Shown here: positions 46,425 through 55,925 of the stretch, piece after piece
Numbering within the stretch: the first letter of the stretch is position 1
Layout of the letters: each line of letters begins with the position of its first letter
Source: Rhodospirillales bacterium
GTDB lineage: Bacteria; Pseudomonadota; Alphaproteobacteria; Rhodospirillales; UBA2165
Assembly: GCA_028345065.1 (NCBI GenBank)
Contig: JAOMCN010000002.1
Coordinates: forward strand, 13,044 to 77,043
DNA length: 64,000 nucleotides
Reading direction: 5' to 3'
Notes under the pieces: model-generated
What the model saw: only the letters and a program-made list of their open reading frames with translations
Databases searched by the model: none
What the model was told of the DNA's origin: nothing
Position numbers and translations under genes: made by a program

Positions 46425-47774
46425 TCATTCCGTCTCATCGGCAAATAAAGAGGGATCCTGCTCGATTAACGGCAATTCGAGACCTTCAATTTCCTGGAGG
46501 CCTCGACCCGCTATACCTTGTAAATCGCCATACATCCCGACGGTCGCCTCAATGACGTTCTGGATCTGGGTGTCACGCTTCGCCCATGAACGCATCATTG
46601 CTTTTTTTTCACGATCGAGGTCACCTTGCATATCCGAGATTTTTTCGACGATTGCCTCGACGCGATGCCGAAAATTCGGTCCCATCAGGTAGCCGTAGAC
46701 TAACTCCATTTTAGTCTGCTGCCCCTCCTGAGATTGTTTTGATTGAGCGACGTCTATGAGACTTTGCCTCAGGGCCATTGCGAGCGGCAGAAAATATTGC
46801 GGCGCCGAAACCCAGACGCCTTCAATCTGATCGAAATTATCAACTTCCTTAGGCAATGCCGTAGAGACGAGTATCGAGAATTCCGCTTTTGCGGAGCGCT
46901 GGTCATTTCGTAATTTGGCAAGCCAACCTTCACTCCAGTTCTTGGTGCGCTTCAATTCCCACAGGATAATGCCGCTTGCCTGACCTGTCGGTGACGTGAC
47001 GCGTTGTATGATGTCACCACCGAATTCCCCCTTCGGAACGGGTTCAATGCTATCAAAGGGGAACTTTGCCTTTAACATCTCCTCGAGCTCGAGTTCGAGA
47101 ACCTCACCCTGGAGTTGCTGGGAGCCCTGCTCCGCCCTTTTCTTCAGGTCCTCTATCTGACGTGTCATCGATGCGATCTTCTCTTCCCTTTCCGAGATTT
47201 TAAGATTTAGAGCACCTTCCGCTTCGAGCTTTGCCTTTTTCCGGACTTCCTCAACGGAATTCAGGACACGCGTCTCAACCGTCAACTCCAGTTCACGTTT
47301 TGCGTCATCGAGTGCACGCTTCTGCTTCAGGATGTCGGCTTGAGCTTTCTGCGCTTCCGCCAACTTCTCGTCGCGCTGCTGCAGGACACCCTGGAGTTCG
47401 GTGACTTCTTCGGTTTTTGCAGTCAATTCACCGGCAGTCGCTAATTTCGCTTTTTTCGCCTCATTTTCGACGATTTTAATCCGTTCTTCCTTCACCTTTT
47501 CGGAAACCTCGTCCTCGAGGTTTTTCCGGGCGGCGGCAATCTCGTTTTCCTTTTTCTTAAGGACGCCCTCCCTCTCACTTACCTTTTCAGCCTGTTCAGC
47601 CAGTTTGACCTCAAATTCCTGGCGTGTTGCCTCGATGAGAGGGCCTGCCAGTGACTCCGTCAACTTTATTTCCGTTGAGCAGGACGGACACGTGATCGTT
47701 GGTTCTGTCATTGGATCTGTCATTCTGCAGTCTCCATAGTCGATATTTTGTAATGCGGAATTCCGGGGTTCCAT
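46425..47774 (-). CDS. DUF2130 domain coiled-coil protein
   Basis: ITCPSCSTEIKLTESLA; QGSQQLQGEVLE; FPFDSIEPVPKG; ILWELKRTKNWS; MYGDLQGIAG. The true start may be ~50 nt downstream. Confidence 0.85.
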   Translation of the reverse strand: MEPRNSALQNIDYGDCRMTDPMTEPTITCPSCSTEIKLTESLAGPLIEATRQEFEVKLAEQAEKVSEREGVLKKKENEIAAARKNLEDEVSEKVKEERIKIVENEAKKAKLATAGELTAKTEEVTELQGVLQQRDEKLAEAQKAQADILKQKRALDDAKRELELTVETRVLNSVEEVRKKAKLEAEGALNLKISEREEKIASMTRQIEDLKKRAEQGSQQLQGEVLELELEEMLKAKFPFDSIEPVPKGEFGGDIIQRVTSPTGQASGIILWELKRTKNWSEGWLAKLRNDQRSAKAEFSILVSTALPKEVDNFDQIEGVWVSAPQYFLPLAMALRQSLIDVAQSKQSQEGQQTKMELVYGYLMGPNFRHRVEAIVEKISDMQGDLDREKKAMMRSWAKRDTQIQNVIEATVGMYGDLQGIAGRGLQEIEGLELPLIEQDPSLFADETE

Positions 47775-47993
47775 AAACTACCATTCAATTCCCGGAAGCA
47801 TATGTTTTTTCTTAATGACAATATGACCTCATTTCTTTTTCAGGCGGCGTTCCGGTCATTTAAGGAGAGAAGTTCGATGTACCTGGTTTATAGGCATTGA
47901 CTGCAGTTGAATGTTTTCAGACATTTGAAGACCCATTCCACCTGCCGAATATAATAAAAACGTGCGTTGAATAGTGATCAATCGGGTATGTCC

Positions 47994-48350
47994 CTACCCC
48001 GTCAGGGTGTAGCCCCTTCCATCCAGACAACCGGCGATTTCGTCGTCGTATTTTTTTCTTTCCGTCTCGAACCCTGCTGCCAGACCGATGACCCCGCCTA
48101 AGGACGCGAAGGCGATAATTCCCTCCACTCCGGTTACCAATAATGAGGCACCATAGAATGCCCCGATGAGAGACCCGACGGTCCCGAGAACGACGGTCGT
48201 AGTCGTCGCCTTGAGAACGTTTCTCCCCCGGCACTCGAGGAGATCCGTCTCGTATTTCGCCTGATCGAAGTTCATCGCAGTACGATCCACCTCCGGGGAA
48301 GCGCAGGCAGCGAGAAGAATGGTCAATGAGATAATGATAAAATTATTCAA
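47994..48350 (-). CDS. Glycine-zipper lipoprotein
   Basis: TTG start MNNFIIISLTILLAAC (lipobox); DLLEC...Gly zipper...CLDGRGY. Confidence 0.7.
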   Translation of the reverse strand: MNNFIIISLTILLAACASPEVDRTAMNFDQAKYETDLLECRGRNVLKATTTTVVLGTVGSLIGAFYGASLLVTGVEGIIAFASLGGVIGLAAGFETERKKYDDEIAGCLDGRGYTLTG

Positions 48351-48443
48351 GGCGTTATTTCCTCTGACGCTTCCTATAGGGGAACCATAAAGTAGAACCA
48401 AAGCGCCATGGAGATACCGCCGACCCAATTGACCACATCAAAG

Positions 48444-48503
48444 TCCTCTCTTTAGTGCTTTAGGCTCGAACCCTGGGGGTACAAGCTGAAGTTCAAATAG
48501 CTT
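48444..48503 (-). ncRNA. Degenerate SAM-V-like element (second copy)
   Basis: AUUUGAACUUCAGCUUGUAC...AAAGCACUAAAGAGAGGA is homologous to 44544-44604, but P1 pairing is lost and the pseudoknot has a mismatch. Confidence 0.45.
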
Positions 48504-48508
48504 AAAAT

Positions 48509-48542
48509 ATATTAGGGGGTGTATGTGACAGAAATGGTCACG
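48509..48542 (-). promoter_or_regulatory. Copy 4 of GACC-N5-TGTCAC-N10-[-10] motif
   Basis: CGTGACC-ATTTC-TGTCAC-ATACACCCCC-TAATAT. Confidence 0.6.
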
Positions 48543-48768
48543 GACTTTACCTGAATATTATCTTCCGGGCATAAACCGGCGTCTGACGGGGTGTCCGATC
48601 TCTGATCTCAAACCAGTAAATTTAGCATATGTGGTGACGACGGTCCTGAATGTGGTGCAATATTCCCTTCGGCCTACTCAAGTATGTCTAACTCGCGTTG
48701 ATCTTCTCCCTGGGGCGTCATACCCTATCCTCAATGCAGGGCAATTCTAGGATTTGGAGAAATAAATT

Positions 48769-49641
48769 ATGAACAATGTCGCGTTCATCGGATTGGGCGT
48801 CATGGGATATCCCATGGCGGGACATTTATCAAAGGCCGGCAAAAACGTCTCCGTCTACAACCGGACAGCCTCCAGGGCAAACGATTGGTTAAAGGAGTAT
48901 ACCGGAATTGCACACAACACTCCTGCAGGAGCATCTCAAGACGCCGAGATTGTTTTCACGTGCGTCGGAAATGATGCAGATGTCAGGAATGTCATCTATG
49001 GCGATGAAGGTGCCCTCGCGGGAATGAGCGAAGGCTTTGTTCTAGTGGACCACACGACAGCATCGCCGGAACTTGCAATCGAGCTGGCTGAAGCGGCGGC
49101 TGAAAAAGGTGTCGATTTTCTGGATGCACCTGTTTCCGGGGGCCAGGCGGGAGCGGAAAACGGGACTTTGGCCATAATGGTAGGGGGAGAAAAAGAGGCA
49201 TTCAATAAAGCAGAGGCCGTCATGGATTTATATGCCCGCGCCGCAACATTAATGGGACCGACGGGATCCGGTCAATTGACGAAGGCTGCCAATCAGATTG
49301 CCATAGCAGGTCTCGTACAGGGATTATCGGAAGCGCTCAACTTTGCCAGTTGCTCAGGCCTTGACGGTAAGCAGGTTGTCGATGTGATCTCTAAAGGCGC
49401 CGCGGGATCCTGGCAGATGGAGAACCGTGGCTACACGATGGTTGAAGATGAGTTTGATTTCGGATTTGCTGTAGACTGGATGTGCAAAGACCTGGATATA
49501 GCGTTGAAAGTAGGGCTAAACAATGGTTCCACCCTTCCGGTCACGGCATTGGTCAACCAGTATTACAGAGAAGTCCAGAGTATGGGCGGTGGGCGATGGG
49601 ACACGTCAAGCCTCATCCGTCGACTGACCCGAATTAGCTAG
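48769..49641 (+). CDS. NAD(P)-dependent oxidoreductase, 3-hydroxyisobutyrate dehydrogenase/tartronate semialdehyde reductase family
   Basis: FIGLGVMGYPMA, YNRT, FLDAPVSGG, GSGQLTK. Confidence 0.9.
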   Translation: MNNVAFIGLGVMGYPMAGHLSKAGKNVSVYNRTASRANDWLKEYTGIAHNTPAGASQDAEIVFTCVGNDADVRNVIYGDEGALAGMSEGFVLVDHTTASPELAIELAEAAAEKGVDFLDAPVSGGQAGAENGTLAIMVGGEKEAFNKAEAVMDLYARAATLMGPTGSGQLTKAANQIAIAGLVQGLSEALNFASCSGLDGKQVVDVISKGAAGSWQMENRGYTMVEDEFDFGFAVDWMCKDLDIALKVGLNNGSTLPVTALVNQYYREVQSMGGGRWDTSSLIRRLTRIS

Positions 49642-49672
49642 ATTTGGGATAGAAGATGAACCGCTTTTCTCG

Positions 49673-49996
49673 TCACTCCGGTCGATTTAACTTCTCAAAT
49701 CTCTCTATCGAAGATTGAAGGTGCTCCATTGCCGTTTTGAGTTCATCGATACTTCGGAAATTATAAAGTGGTTTCTCTCCGCGCTGCCACTTCTCCATGT
49801 CGGCTTTAAAGTTTTCCAATGACGCCTTCCATAAGCGGACTTTTTCTTCCCGGTCCTCTATATCAAGGAGATCATTAATCTCCATAATAGTCATACCGGA
49901 ATTTTCTGACTTACTCTTTGACTGACCTTCCGGGTGAACCATTTCCTGGATGAAAGAGGTCTCCCGGGGTGGTTTATCGCCATCAATATAAGACAT
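49673..49996 (-). CDS. Hypothetical protein
   Basis: 107-aa ORF, 3 nt downstream of 50000..50248. Confidence 0.55.
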   Translation of the reverse strand: MSYIDGDKPPRETSFIQEMVHPEGQSKSKSENSGMTIMEINDLLDIEDREEKVRLWKASLENFKADMEKWQRGEKPLYNFRSIDELKTAMEHLQSSIERFEKLNRPE

Positions 49997-49999
49997 CGT

Positions 50000-50248
50000 C
50001 TAAGGCATCTGAATTGCAGGCGGTTCGAGACGAATAACCTCAGGAGACTTCCTCCTATTCCCTTTAGGACCCTTCAAACGGCGGCGAAGCCTGATAATCC
50101 AGTAGGCAAGAAAAAGCGTAACCAACGGATGGATGACGACAAACACCCAGACGTTGAGTTCCTGGTATGAAATCCCCATCCAGGCACTCATGTCCTGAAG
50201 GAGGTGGACACACCACGAGAAATAGGCATTGATTGTTGCTGAATACAT
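50000..50248 (-). CDS. Small membrane protein
   Basis: F.WCV.LL...A..G.SYQE.NVW.FVV..P plus a TM segment and basic tail. Confidence 0.6.
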   Translation of the reverse strand: MYSATINAYFSWCVHLLQDMSAWMGISYQELNVWVFVVIHPLVTLFLAYWIIRLRRRLKGPKGNRRKSPEVIRLEPPAIQMP

Positions 50249-50481
50249 TCATGTCTCCATACGTTTGATTTTGCACGTTACGCATGGAGTTGGGCAAAAT
50301 CGTGCATGGAATGTGGCAAAACCGTGATTTATTCATGAATTACCGCGTGATCTTGATTTTTTCCTGGTGGTGGAAACGGTCCCCTATATAGAAACCTACG
50401 ACAGGGAGGTGTCTCTTCTTCTCCAAAATGCCTTATTCCGTGAATTGACTTGAGGCCTACTAGGCAAGACTGGATCGGCTT

Positions 50482-51288
50482 TTATATTAAATTCAGCTTA
50501 TCCATCAGCGCTCGGAATATGGCACCTTCACTATCCATCAACTCATCGAGAACATCAAAGTGGCCCCTATTACTTACCGGCAGCAATACGGTGTCCGAAG
50601 CTTCGGAGACAAGGCCCTGATAATAACCGATGGATTGTTCTCTGAATGTCTTCAACTCCAGTTCGCCATAGGCGATAAGAGCAAAACTCTGGTAACGTTT
50701 AGGATCTAATGCAGGACTGTTACGTTTCGCCATCTCCTCATCCAGACCAACGACGTCATTAACGTAAATTTGGATGACCGGCCGGAGGTCATAGATACCA
50801 CTAGTCAAAACAGTTCCGATGACATTTGTCTCACTCTGGCACATTGCAGCAAGATGCGCCCCTGAAGAGTGACCGGAAACAACGATATCGGGGTTCTCTA
50901 TACCAAATTCGTGGCGGTGTAATTTAAACCACGATAGCCCCGCCCTTACCTCAGCGACAATCTCGTCCATCGTGGCGTCAGGGGCCAGCGTGTGTTCAAC
51001 GAATACGGTATTTAGCCCCATCCGGTGAAGGGCCTCGCCCACACAAAGATAATCTTCCTTATTATTCCATTGCCAGTATCCACCGTGAATATGGAAGAAA
51101 GTCGGCAAACCTGTCTTCCCCGGTAATACATCAATCCGGTTTCGGGGTTGGGAGCCGTAGGCGTTATCCATCTGAAAACTGACAGAGCGAGAGAAAACCA
51201 GAGAACGCTCCCTGCACTTCTCGTTCCACGCTTCAACCTCTGGAAAGGCTTTTCGATTATCCCAATCGTCATCATACTTTTTTGACAT
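50482..51288 (-). CDS. Alpha/beta hydrolase (arylformamidase-like)
   Basis: HIHGGYW, GHSSGAHL, SGIYDL, GHFD. Confidence 0.85.
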   Translation of the reverse strand: MSKKYDDDWDNRKAFPEVEAWNEKCRERSLVFSRSVSFQMDNAYGSQPRNRIDVLPGKTGLPTFFHIHGGYWQWNNKEDYLCVGEALHRMGLNTVFVEHTLAPDATMDEIVAEVRAGLSWFKLHRHEFGIENPDIVVSGHSSGAHLAAMCQSETNVIGTVLTSGIYDLRPVIQIYVNDVVGLDEEMAKRNSPALDPKRYQSFALIAYGELELKTFREQSIGYYQGLVSEASDTVLLPVSNRGHFDVLDELMDSEGAIFRALMDKLNLI

Positions 51289-51570
51289 CAGTGATCCCTT
51301 TCCCGGCTAATAAATTAGTGCAATCGTTTCATCGCGTCTTAGTTTTCCGATTCAGAATTAAGTTTGATCAAGCGCGCATACATAGGCGAACCTTTATGAA
51401 TTTTAAAATTGAGATCTGTGTTTACAATTATATATTTTTGTAAATTATTATCAATTTAACACTATGTGAATGTCATGCTTGATACCCATTGCCGTCAAGC
51501 GTGACAAATCATATGACTTTATTTTAATTTATTGGTTTGTGATCCGACAGAAAAGCTCCACCGTAAAATT

Positions 51571-51677
51571 AAGTTGTGTCTGCGTAATTCCTCCCTGGAC
51601 TGTTGTGGATGCAGCTTACTGGCCGTCGTGCATGCGCGGGAACTCCCTTAGTTCTCCGGTAGCATGACGGCCTTTTT
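51571..51677 (+). ncRNA. Candidate sRNA with UUCCUCCC loop (suhB/MmgR- or cuckoo-like)
   Basis: Hairpin aagttgtgtctgc/gtggatgcagctt enclosing ttcctccctggact, then a long hairpin ggccgtcgtgc/gcatgacggcc followed by TTTTT. Confidence 0.5.
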
Positions 51678-51886
51678 ATTTACTGGCTTGGAACTCATAA
51701 ATAAAAATTCTTCAACAAATTGAAATTTGAGTAATTCCAAAATTGCATGGCTGTATTGCCCTGCACACATCCGAATTTTTGCATGGCTGTCGTGATGAAT
51801 GAGCGCTACTGCAACATGAATTACGAAGGTATAAACTTATCAATAATTGATGCAACGTGAAGCCATACTGAAGAAAGGAGTTTGTT

Positions 51887-52048
51887 ATGACCACTATCAC
51901 TTACCGTAGCCCAATAGCAGACCGAGGCGTGGATGATACAATTCATCCAGCAACCAGTATCCTTCAACGGATTTCCAGATTTATGGATGAGTGGATCCAC
52001 TATAGCTACGAAGCCTGGGTAAAAGCCGGGAGACCAAATAGTTATTAG
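51887..52048 (+). CDS. Unannotated 53-aa small protein
   Basis: AAGGAG RBS; MTTITYRSPIADRGVDDTIHPATSILQRISRFMDEWIHYSYEAWVKAGRPNSY*; below the track cut-off. Confidence 0.6.
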   Translation: MTTITYRSPIADRGVDDTIHPATSILQRISRFMDEWIHYSYEAWVKAGRPNSY

Positions 52049-52059
52049 CCGTTTTAAAC

Positions 52060-52137
52060 TAGATCAAATTTTTACCTCCCTGTTTGATTTGATCTAAAGA
52101 CTAGCCGCCTGAACTGTAAAGTTTAGGCGGCTTTTTT
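52060..52137 (+). ncRNA. 3'-UTR sRNA candidate (ACCUCCCU loop) plus terminator
   Basis: tagatcaaat/atttgatcta stem around acctccct; agccgcctgaac/gtttaggcggct followed by a T-run. Confidence 0.5.
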
Positions 52138-52218
52138 CTTACATTAAAATAATCACGATCAAAGTGAAAAACTCCGAGTTTACAAGGATAACCCACAGGA
52201 GAGCATAAATTATTTTTG

Positions 52219-53007
52219 CTATTCCCTTGGCCTTTTGAGGGGTACACTTGGTACGGAACCCCTGTTCCTTCTAAATCCCCTAACGCGGGAATGCGAGAAG
52301 GCGGTCGTATGTTTCCCCTGAAACAATTTCACACCAGGCTTTTTGAATATTGGAGTGAGAATAAGGCCACAGACGAACCCCCCGAGGTGAGCGGCTATGG
52401 CAACACCACCTTGCATCTTCAGGGCTGCGGGAAGGGCAATGAACTGCTCGAACAACCAAAAGCCGAGGACAACAAAGGCAGGTACATTTATCGTTCCAAA
52501 GAATATGATCCACCAGTAAAATACCCTGATATTGGCCCGCGGCCAGATCATGAGATAGGCGGCTATGACGCCGCTTATGGCCCCTGAGGCACCAATCAGA
52601 GGAACTTTACTCCCCGGATCAATGAAGGCATGTGTAAGTGTCCCCGCACAACCGCATATAACATAAAATGCCAGATAACGGTAACGTCCAAGTGCTTCCT
52701 CGACATTGTCGCCGTAAAGCCAAAGAAACCACATATTTCCGACAAGATGCATTAATCCGCCGTGTAAGAACATACAGGTAATTAATGTCGTTGCTGCCGG
52801 AATACGCGATAGTCCGGCTGGCAGGTTCGCATCTCCAAAAAAAATAACAGGAATAAATCCGAAGCCGTAGACGTGGGCCTGTTCTGCACGTCCATCCATA
52901 GGAAGTTGGACGAAAAGGTATAATAAGGCACAGGTCGCTATGATGGAGATCGTAATAACGGGGGGGCCGTGGTGAAGTGGGTTGTCATCGCGATAGGGAA
53001 AAAACAT
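52219..53007 (-). CDS. Rhomboid intramembrane serine protease
   Basis: MFLHGG..HL.GNM, GASGAI, AHLGGF. Confidence 0.92.
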   Translation of the reverse strand: MFFPYRDDNPLHHGPPVITISIIATCALLYLFVQLPMDGRAEQAHVYGFGFIPVIFFGDANLPAGLSRIPAATTLITCMFLHGGLMHLVGNMWFLWLYGDNVEEALGRYRYLAFYVICGCAGTLTHAFIDPGSKVPLIGASGAISGVIAAYLMIWPRANIRVFYWWIIFFGTINVPAFVVLGFWLFEQFIALPAALKMQGGVAIAAHLGGFVCGLILTPIFKKPGVKLFQGKHTTAFSHSRVRGFRRNRGSVPSVPLKRPRE

Positions 53008-53226
53008 ATTTAAAAGACCCGGACGAAAGAAGAAATCAATACGTAAGACAATGCTACTTTAATTATAAAATGAAGAAGGCGTAAGCCCAAAAGGGCGTCG
53101 AAAAGCTGAAAGTTTGTCCGGTAGATCGCGTAAAACAGTAATAGCTACTAATTTGGGTTGTTCCAATTCACAAATATCTGCCTGGAAAATTCAGGTCTTC
53201 ACGGGTTGAACGTCAAAAACCCGCCT

Positions 53227-54132
53227 TTAGCTGTCTTTTTTAGGACCTTTGATCGTACGTACAGTATCAGCATAGATATTTATAGTCTGATCGAGTGTCC
53301 TGTCTTGGTTGAGGGTTTCCCGTGTCTCAGCGCCGAGGGGGGAAGCGTCCAATAGCCTGAATACCTCGGCTGCCCCGCGGTGGAGGTTACCGGAGACACC
53401 CGCACCCATGAAAGTCTTCGATATCTCGTCCATCTCGCCTGCCCATCTACCTGCATCGGCCGCATAAAACGGTACACGCTTATTCATCAAATCCCAATGG
53501 AACTTTTGACTGTCAGAAAACTCCGCCTGCAATTCATCGCTGATGCCTAAAAGTTCACCGACGGTCAATACGGAAGTCTGTAGTGTCATCGTCCCTTTGG
53601 TCAAACCGGCATAACACATTTTGAGGGCGGCAGCGCGCGTAATTTCATCACCTAGAGGTCGATAAGAGATGCCATCACCGTCCAGAAACGCCAGTTGGCC
53701 AGTGTGAAGGCCGCTCGCGTAAAACTTTGTCGCAACTCCCCTTCCGGGGGGTGGCCCGATGATGCCAACTTTCACAAAGGAAGAACCCGCATTTTTCATC
53801 AGTGTATCGATTTTCAGTGTCGTCTCGGGAGATATGGCGTTGCAGTCAGAAAATAGAGGAGAAGCTCCCAGATCTCGCATGCAATCCGCTGCTTCCCCTG
53901 CAAAATCCAAAGCTATCTCGGGGGGTAAAATTGAAAGTACGACGTCGGCTTCTCTGATGAGGTTCTCCAGGGAACCCACGTCTTCCATATTAGATCTCTC
54001 TGCCCGCCTACGGGTTAAGTCACTTCGCCCCTCCAAGAACGTAATGACGCGGTATCCCTTATTTGCGATGACGCTCCCAACCACGTGCCCCATGTCACCG
54101 GGGCTTACGACACCGAGTATTCCTTTAGACAT
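53227..54132 (-). CDS. NAD(P)-dependent oxidoreductase, DUF1932 family
   Basis: SPGDMG, DCNAISP, IIGPPP, ALKMCYA..TKG, RW.GEM.EI. Confidence 0.85.
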   Translation of the reverse strand: MSKGILGVVSPGDMGHVVGSVIANKGYRVITFLEGRSDLTRRRAERSNMEDVGSLENLIREADVVLSILPPEIALDFAGEAADCMRDLGASPLFSDCNAISPETTLKIDTLMKNAGSSFVKVGIIGPPPGRGVATKFYASGLHTGQLAFLDGDGISYRPLGDEITRAAALKMCYAGLTKGTMTLQTSVLTVGELLGISDELQAEFSDSQKFHWDLMNKRVPFYAADAGRWAGEMDEISKTFMGAGVSGNLHRGAAEVFRLLDASPLGAETRETLNQDRTLDQTINIYADTVRTIKGPKKDS

Positions 54133-54135
54133 ACT

Positions 54136-55788
54136 CTATCCTCTTATTTGGGAGATGGTAGTAAAAGCAGAGATGTACTCGAGACTGGTCTTCACTTCCA
54201 CTAAGGACGGGCCATCGACTTTAAACGCTTCATCGATTACGGATTTGATTTCTTCGTCTCTTTCAATTTTGAACCCCCTGATACCGTAGGCTTCGGCAAC
54301 CGCCGCAAAGTCGGGATTAGTGAGGTCAGTGGCGATGGACCTATCTGGGTGGTTACGCTCCTGATAAAGACGGATGGTGCCGTAGCTGCTGTTATTGGAG
54401 ACAATAAACCGTATCGGCAAATTGCGTTCCACGGCTGCAATCATTTCATTTCCGGTCATGAGAAACCCTCCATCACCCACGAAACAGACTACCTGCCTTT
54501 CTGTGTTACGAAGTGAAGATGCAACGGCAGAAGGCACCCCCATCCCCATTGCGCCCGCGGCACTGGCCATCTGAACGTGGGATGTTTTGTAGGGAAATAG
54601 TCTCTGTACCCAGGTCGCAAAATTACCGGCATCCATGGCCGTGACCGCGTCGTCTTCTAATTTATCCACCAAATGGGATATGACATTCCCAAATACAACA
54701 CCGTCATCCGCACTCTTCCAGTCCCAGTTCATCCGATCGGCGGACAAACTATGAACTTTCTTGATCCATTCTATTCGTCCTGCAGGTAGTTCAGGAGCGT
54801 TAGTTCCGGCAACAGCCTGAAGGGTTTCGGTCGCATCTGCCTGTATTGCGAGCTCCGTTTCAAATGTCGTTCCCAGGCAATCATCATCCGGGTATACATG
54901 TATCAGTGACTGCCTGGGTTTTGGCGCCGTCGGGATCTGGTACCCCTGCGTCGTAACATCTCCGAGACGGGTACCGATGGCAACGACTAGATCCGCCTCA
55001 TTTAGAGTTTCTCTAAAGACTGGCGGCGAGTTGAACGCCAGGTGGCAGGCAAAGTTAGGGTGGCTATGATCAAATATATCCTGCCGCCTCCACGCTACTG
55101 CAACGGGTAGGCCCCAGATTTCGGCCACTGAGCGTAAAGCCTCACGCCCTTCTTCAAAACCAACTTGCCCGCCGGCGATTATAATTGGCCTCTCTGCAAT
55201 TGCGAGACGCTTGCAAAGTTCAGAGATCTCTCCGGCGTTTGGTTTTGGCATCACTTCTCGGGAAGCTGGTTTGGCACCTACCTGTGTTTCTTCAAGAAGC
55301 ATATCTTCGGGTAGGGAGACCACCACCGGCCCCGGCGTCCCGGCATTAGCTGTATAAAATGCCTGTTGCACCGAACCCGCGAGTTTATCCGGATCTCTGA
55401 TCTCGATGACTAACTTTGCCATGTCACTGAATGTCTTGACGTAATCCACCTCTTGGAATGCACCGCGCCCGATATCGCCGCGCGCTACCTGTCCCACAAA
55501 CAAAACAATTGGCACGGCATCCTGCTGAGCAACATGTACACCAATGGAGGCGTTTGTAGCTCCCGGACCGCGACTAACGAATTCCACGCCGGTTCGACCG
55601 GTATATTTGGCGTCTGCAACCGCCATGAAACCACCGCCACCTTCGTGGCGCACTCTAACGATATCTATTTCCGGAGCGTCATAGAGAGCGTCTATTGCCC
55701 CTAAATAACTCTCACCCGGCACACAAAATACACGGTCGACGTCTTGGACTTTTAGTGAATCAATTAGAACATCTGCAGCTCTCGGCAT
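54136..55788 (-). CDS. Thiamine-pyrophosphate-binding enzyme (acetolactate synthase-like)
   Basis: FCVPGESY, RHEGG, RGPGATN, GDGGFLM...NNSSYGTIR. Confidence 0.9.
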   Translation of the reverse strand: MPRAADVLIDSLKVQDVDRVFCVPGESYLGAIDALYDAPEIDIVRVRHEGGGGFMAVADAKYTGRTGVEFVSRGPGATNASIGVHVAQQDAVPIVLFVGQVARGDIGRGAFQEVDYVKTFSDMAKLVIEIRDPDKLAGSVQQAFYTANAGTPGPVVVSLPEDMLLEETQVGAKPASREVMPKPNAGEISELCKRLAIAERPIIIAGGQVGFEEGREALRSVAEIWGLPVAVAWRRQDIFDHSHPNFACHLAFNSPPVFRETLNEADLVVAIGTRLGDVTTQGYQIPTAPKPRQSLIHVYPDDDCLGTTFETELAIQADATETLQAVAGTNAPELPAGRIEWIKKVHSLSADRMNWDWKSADDGVVFGNVISHLVDKLEDDAVTAMDAGNFATWVQRLFPYKTSHVQMASAAGAMGMGVPSAVASSLRNTERQVVCFVGDGGFLMTGNEMIAAVERNLPIRFIVSNNSSYGTIRLYQERNHPDRSIATDLTNPDFAAVAEAYGIRGFKIERDEEIKSVIDEAFKVDGPSLVEVKTSLEYISAFTTISQIRG

Positions 55789-55925
55789 GTCAATCCCCGG
55801 GATAGTCTGAAATTAGCTATATCGATATTGTACTATATACATTCCTGCTGATAGGTCCCTCAAAGCTGGAAAAAGGCAAGCCCCATTATACAATTGATAG
55901 GGTGCTGGCTAGACCGTGAAAATGT

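Noticed and set aside
48545-48768. tRNA/att site at the island-to-core transition
   Set aside because: No cloverleaf, T-loop or flanking direct repeat is recognisable, and no integrase is in the window.
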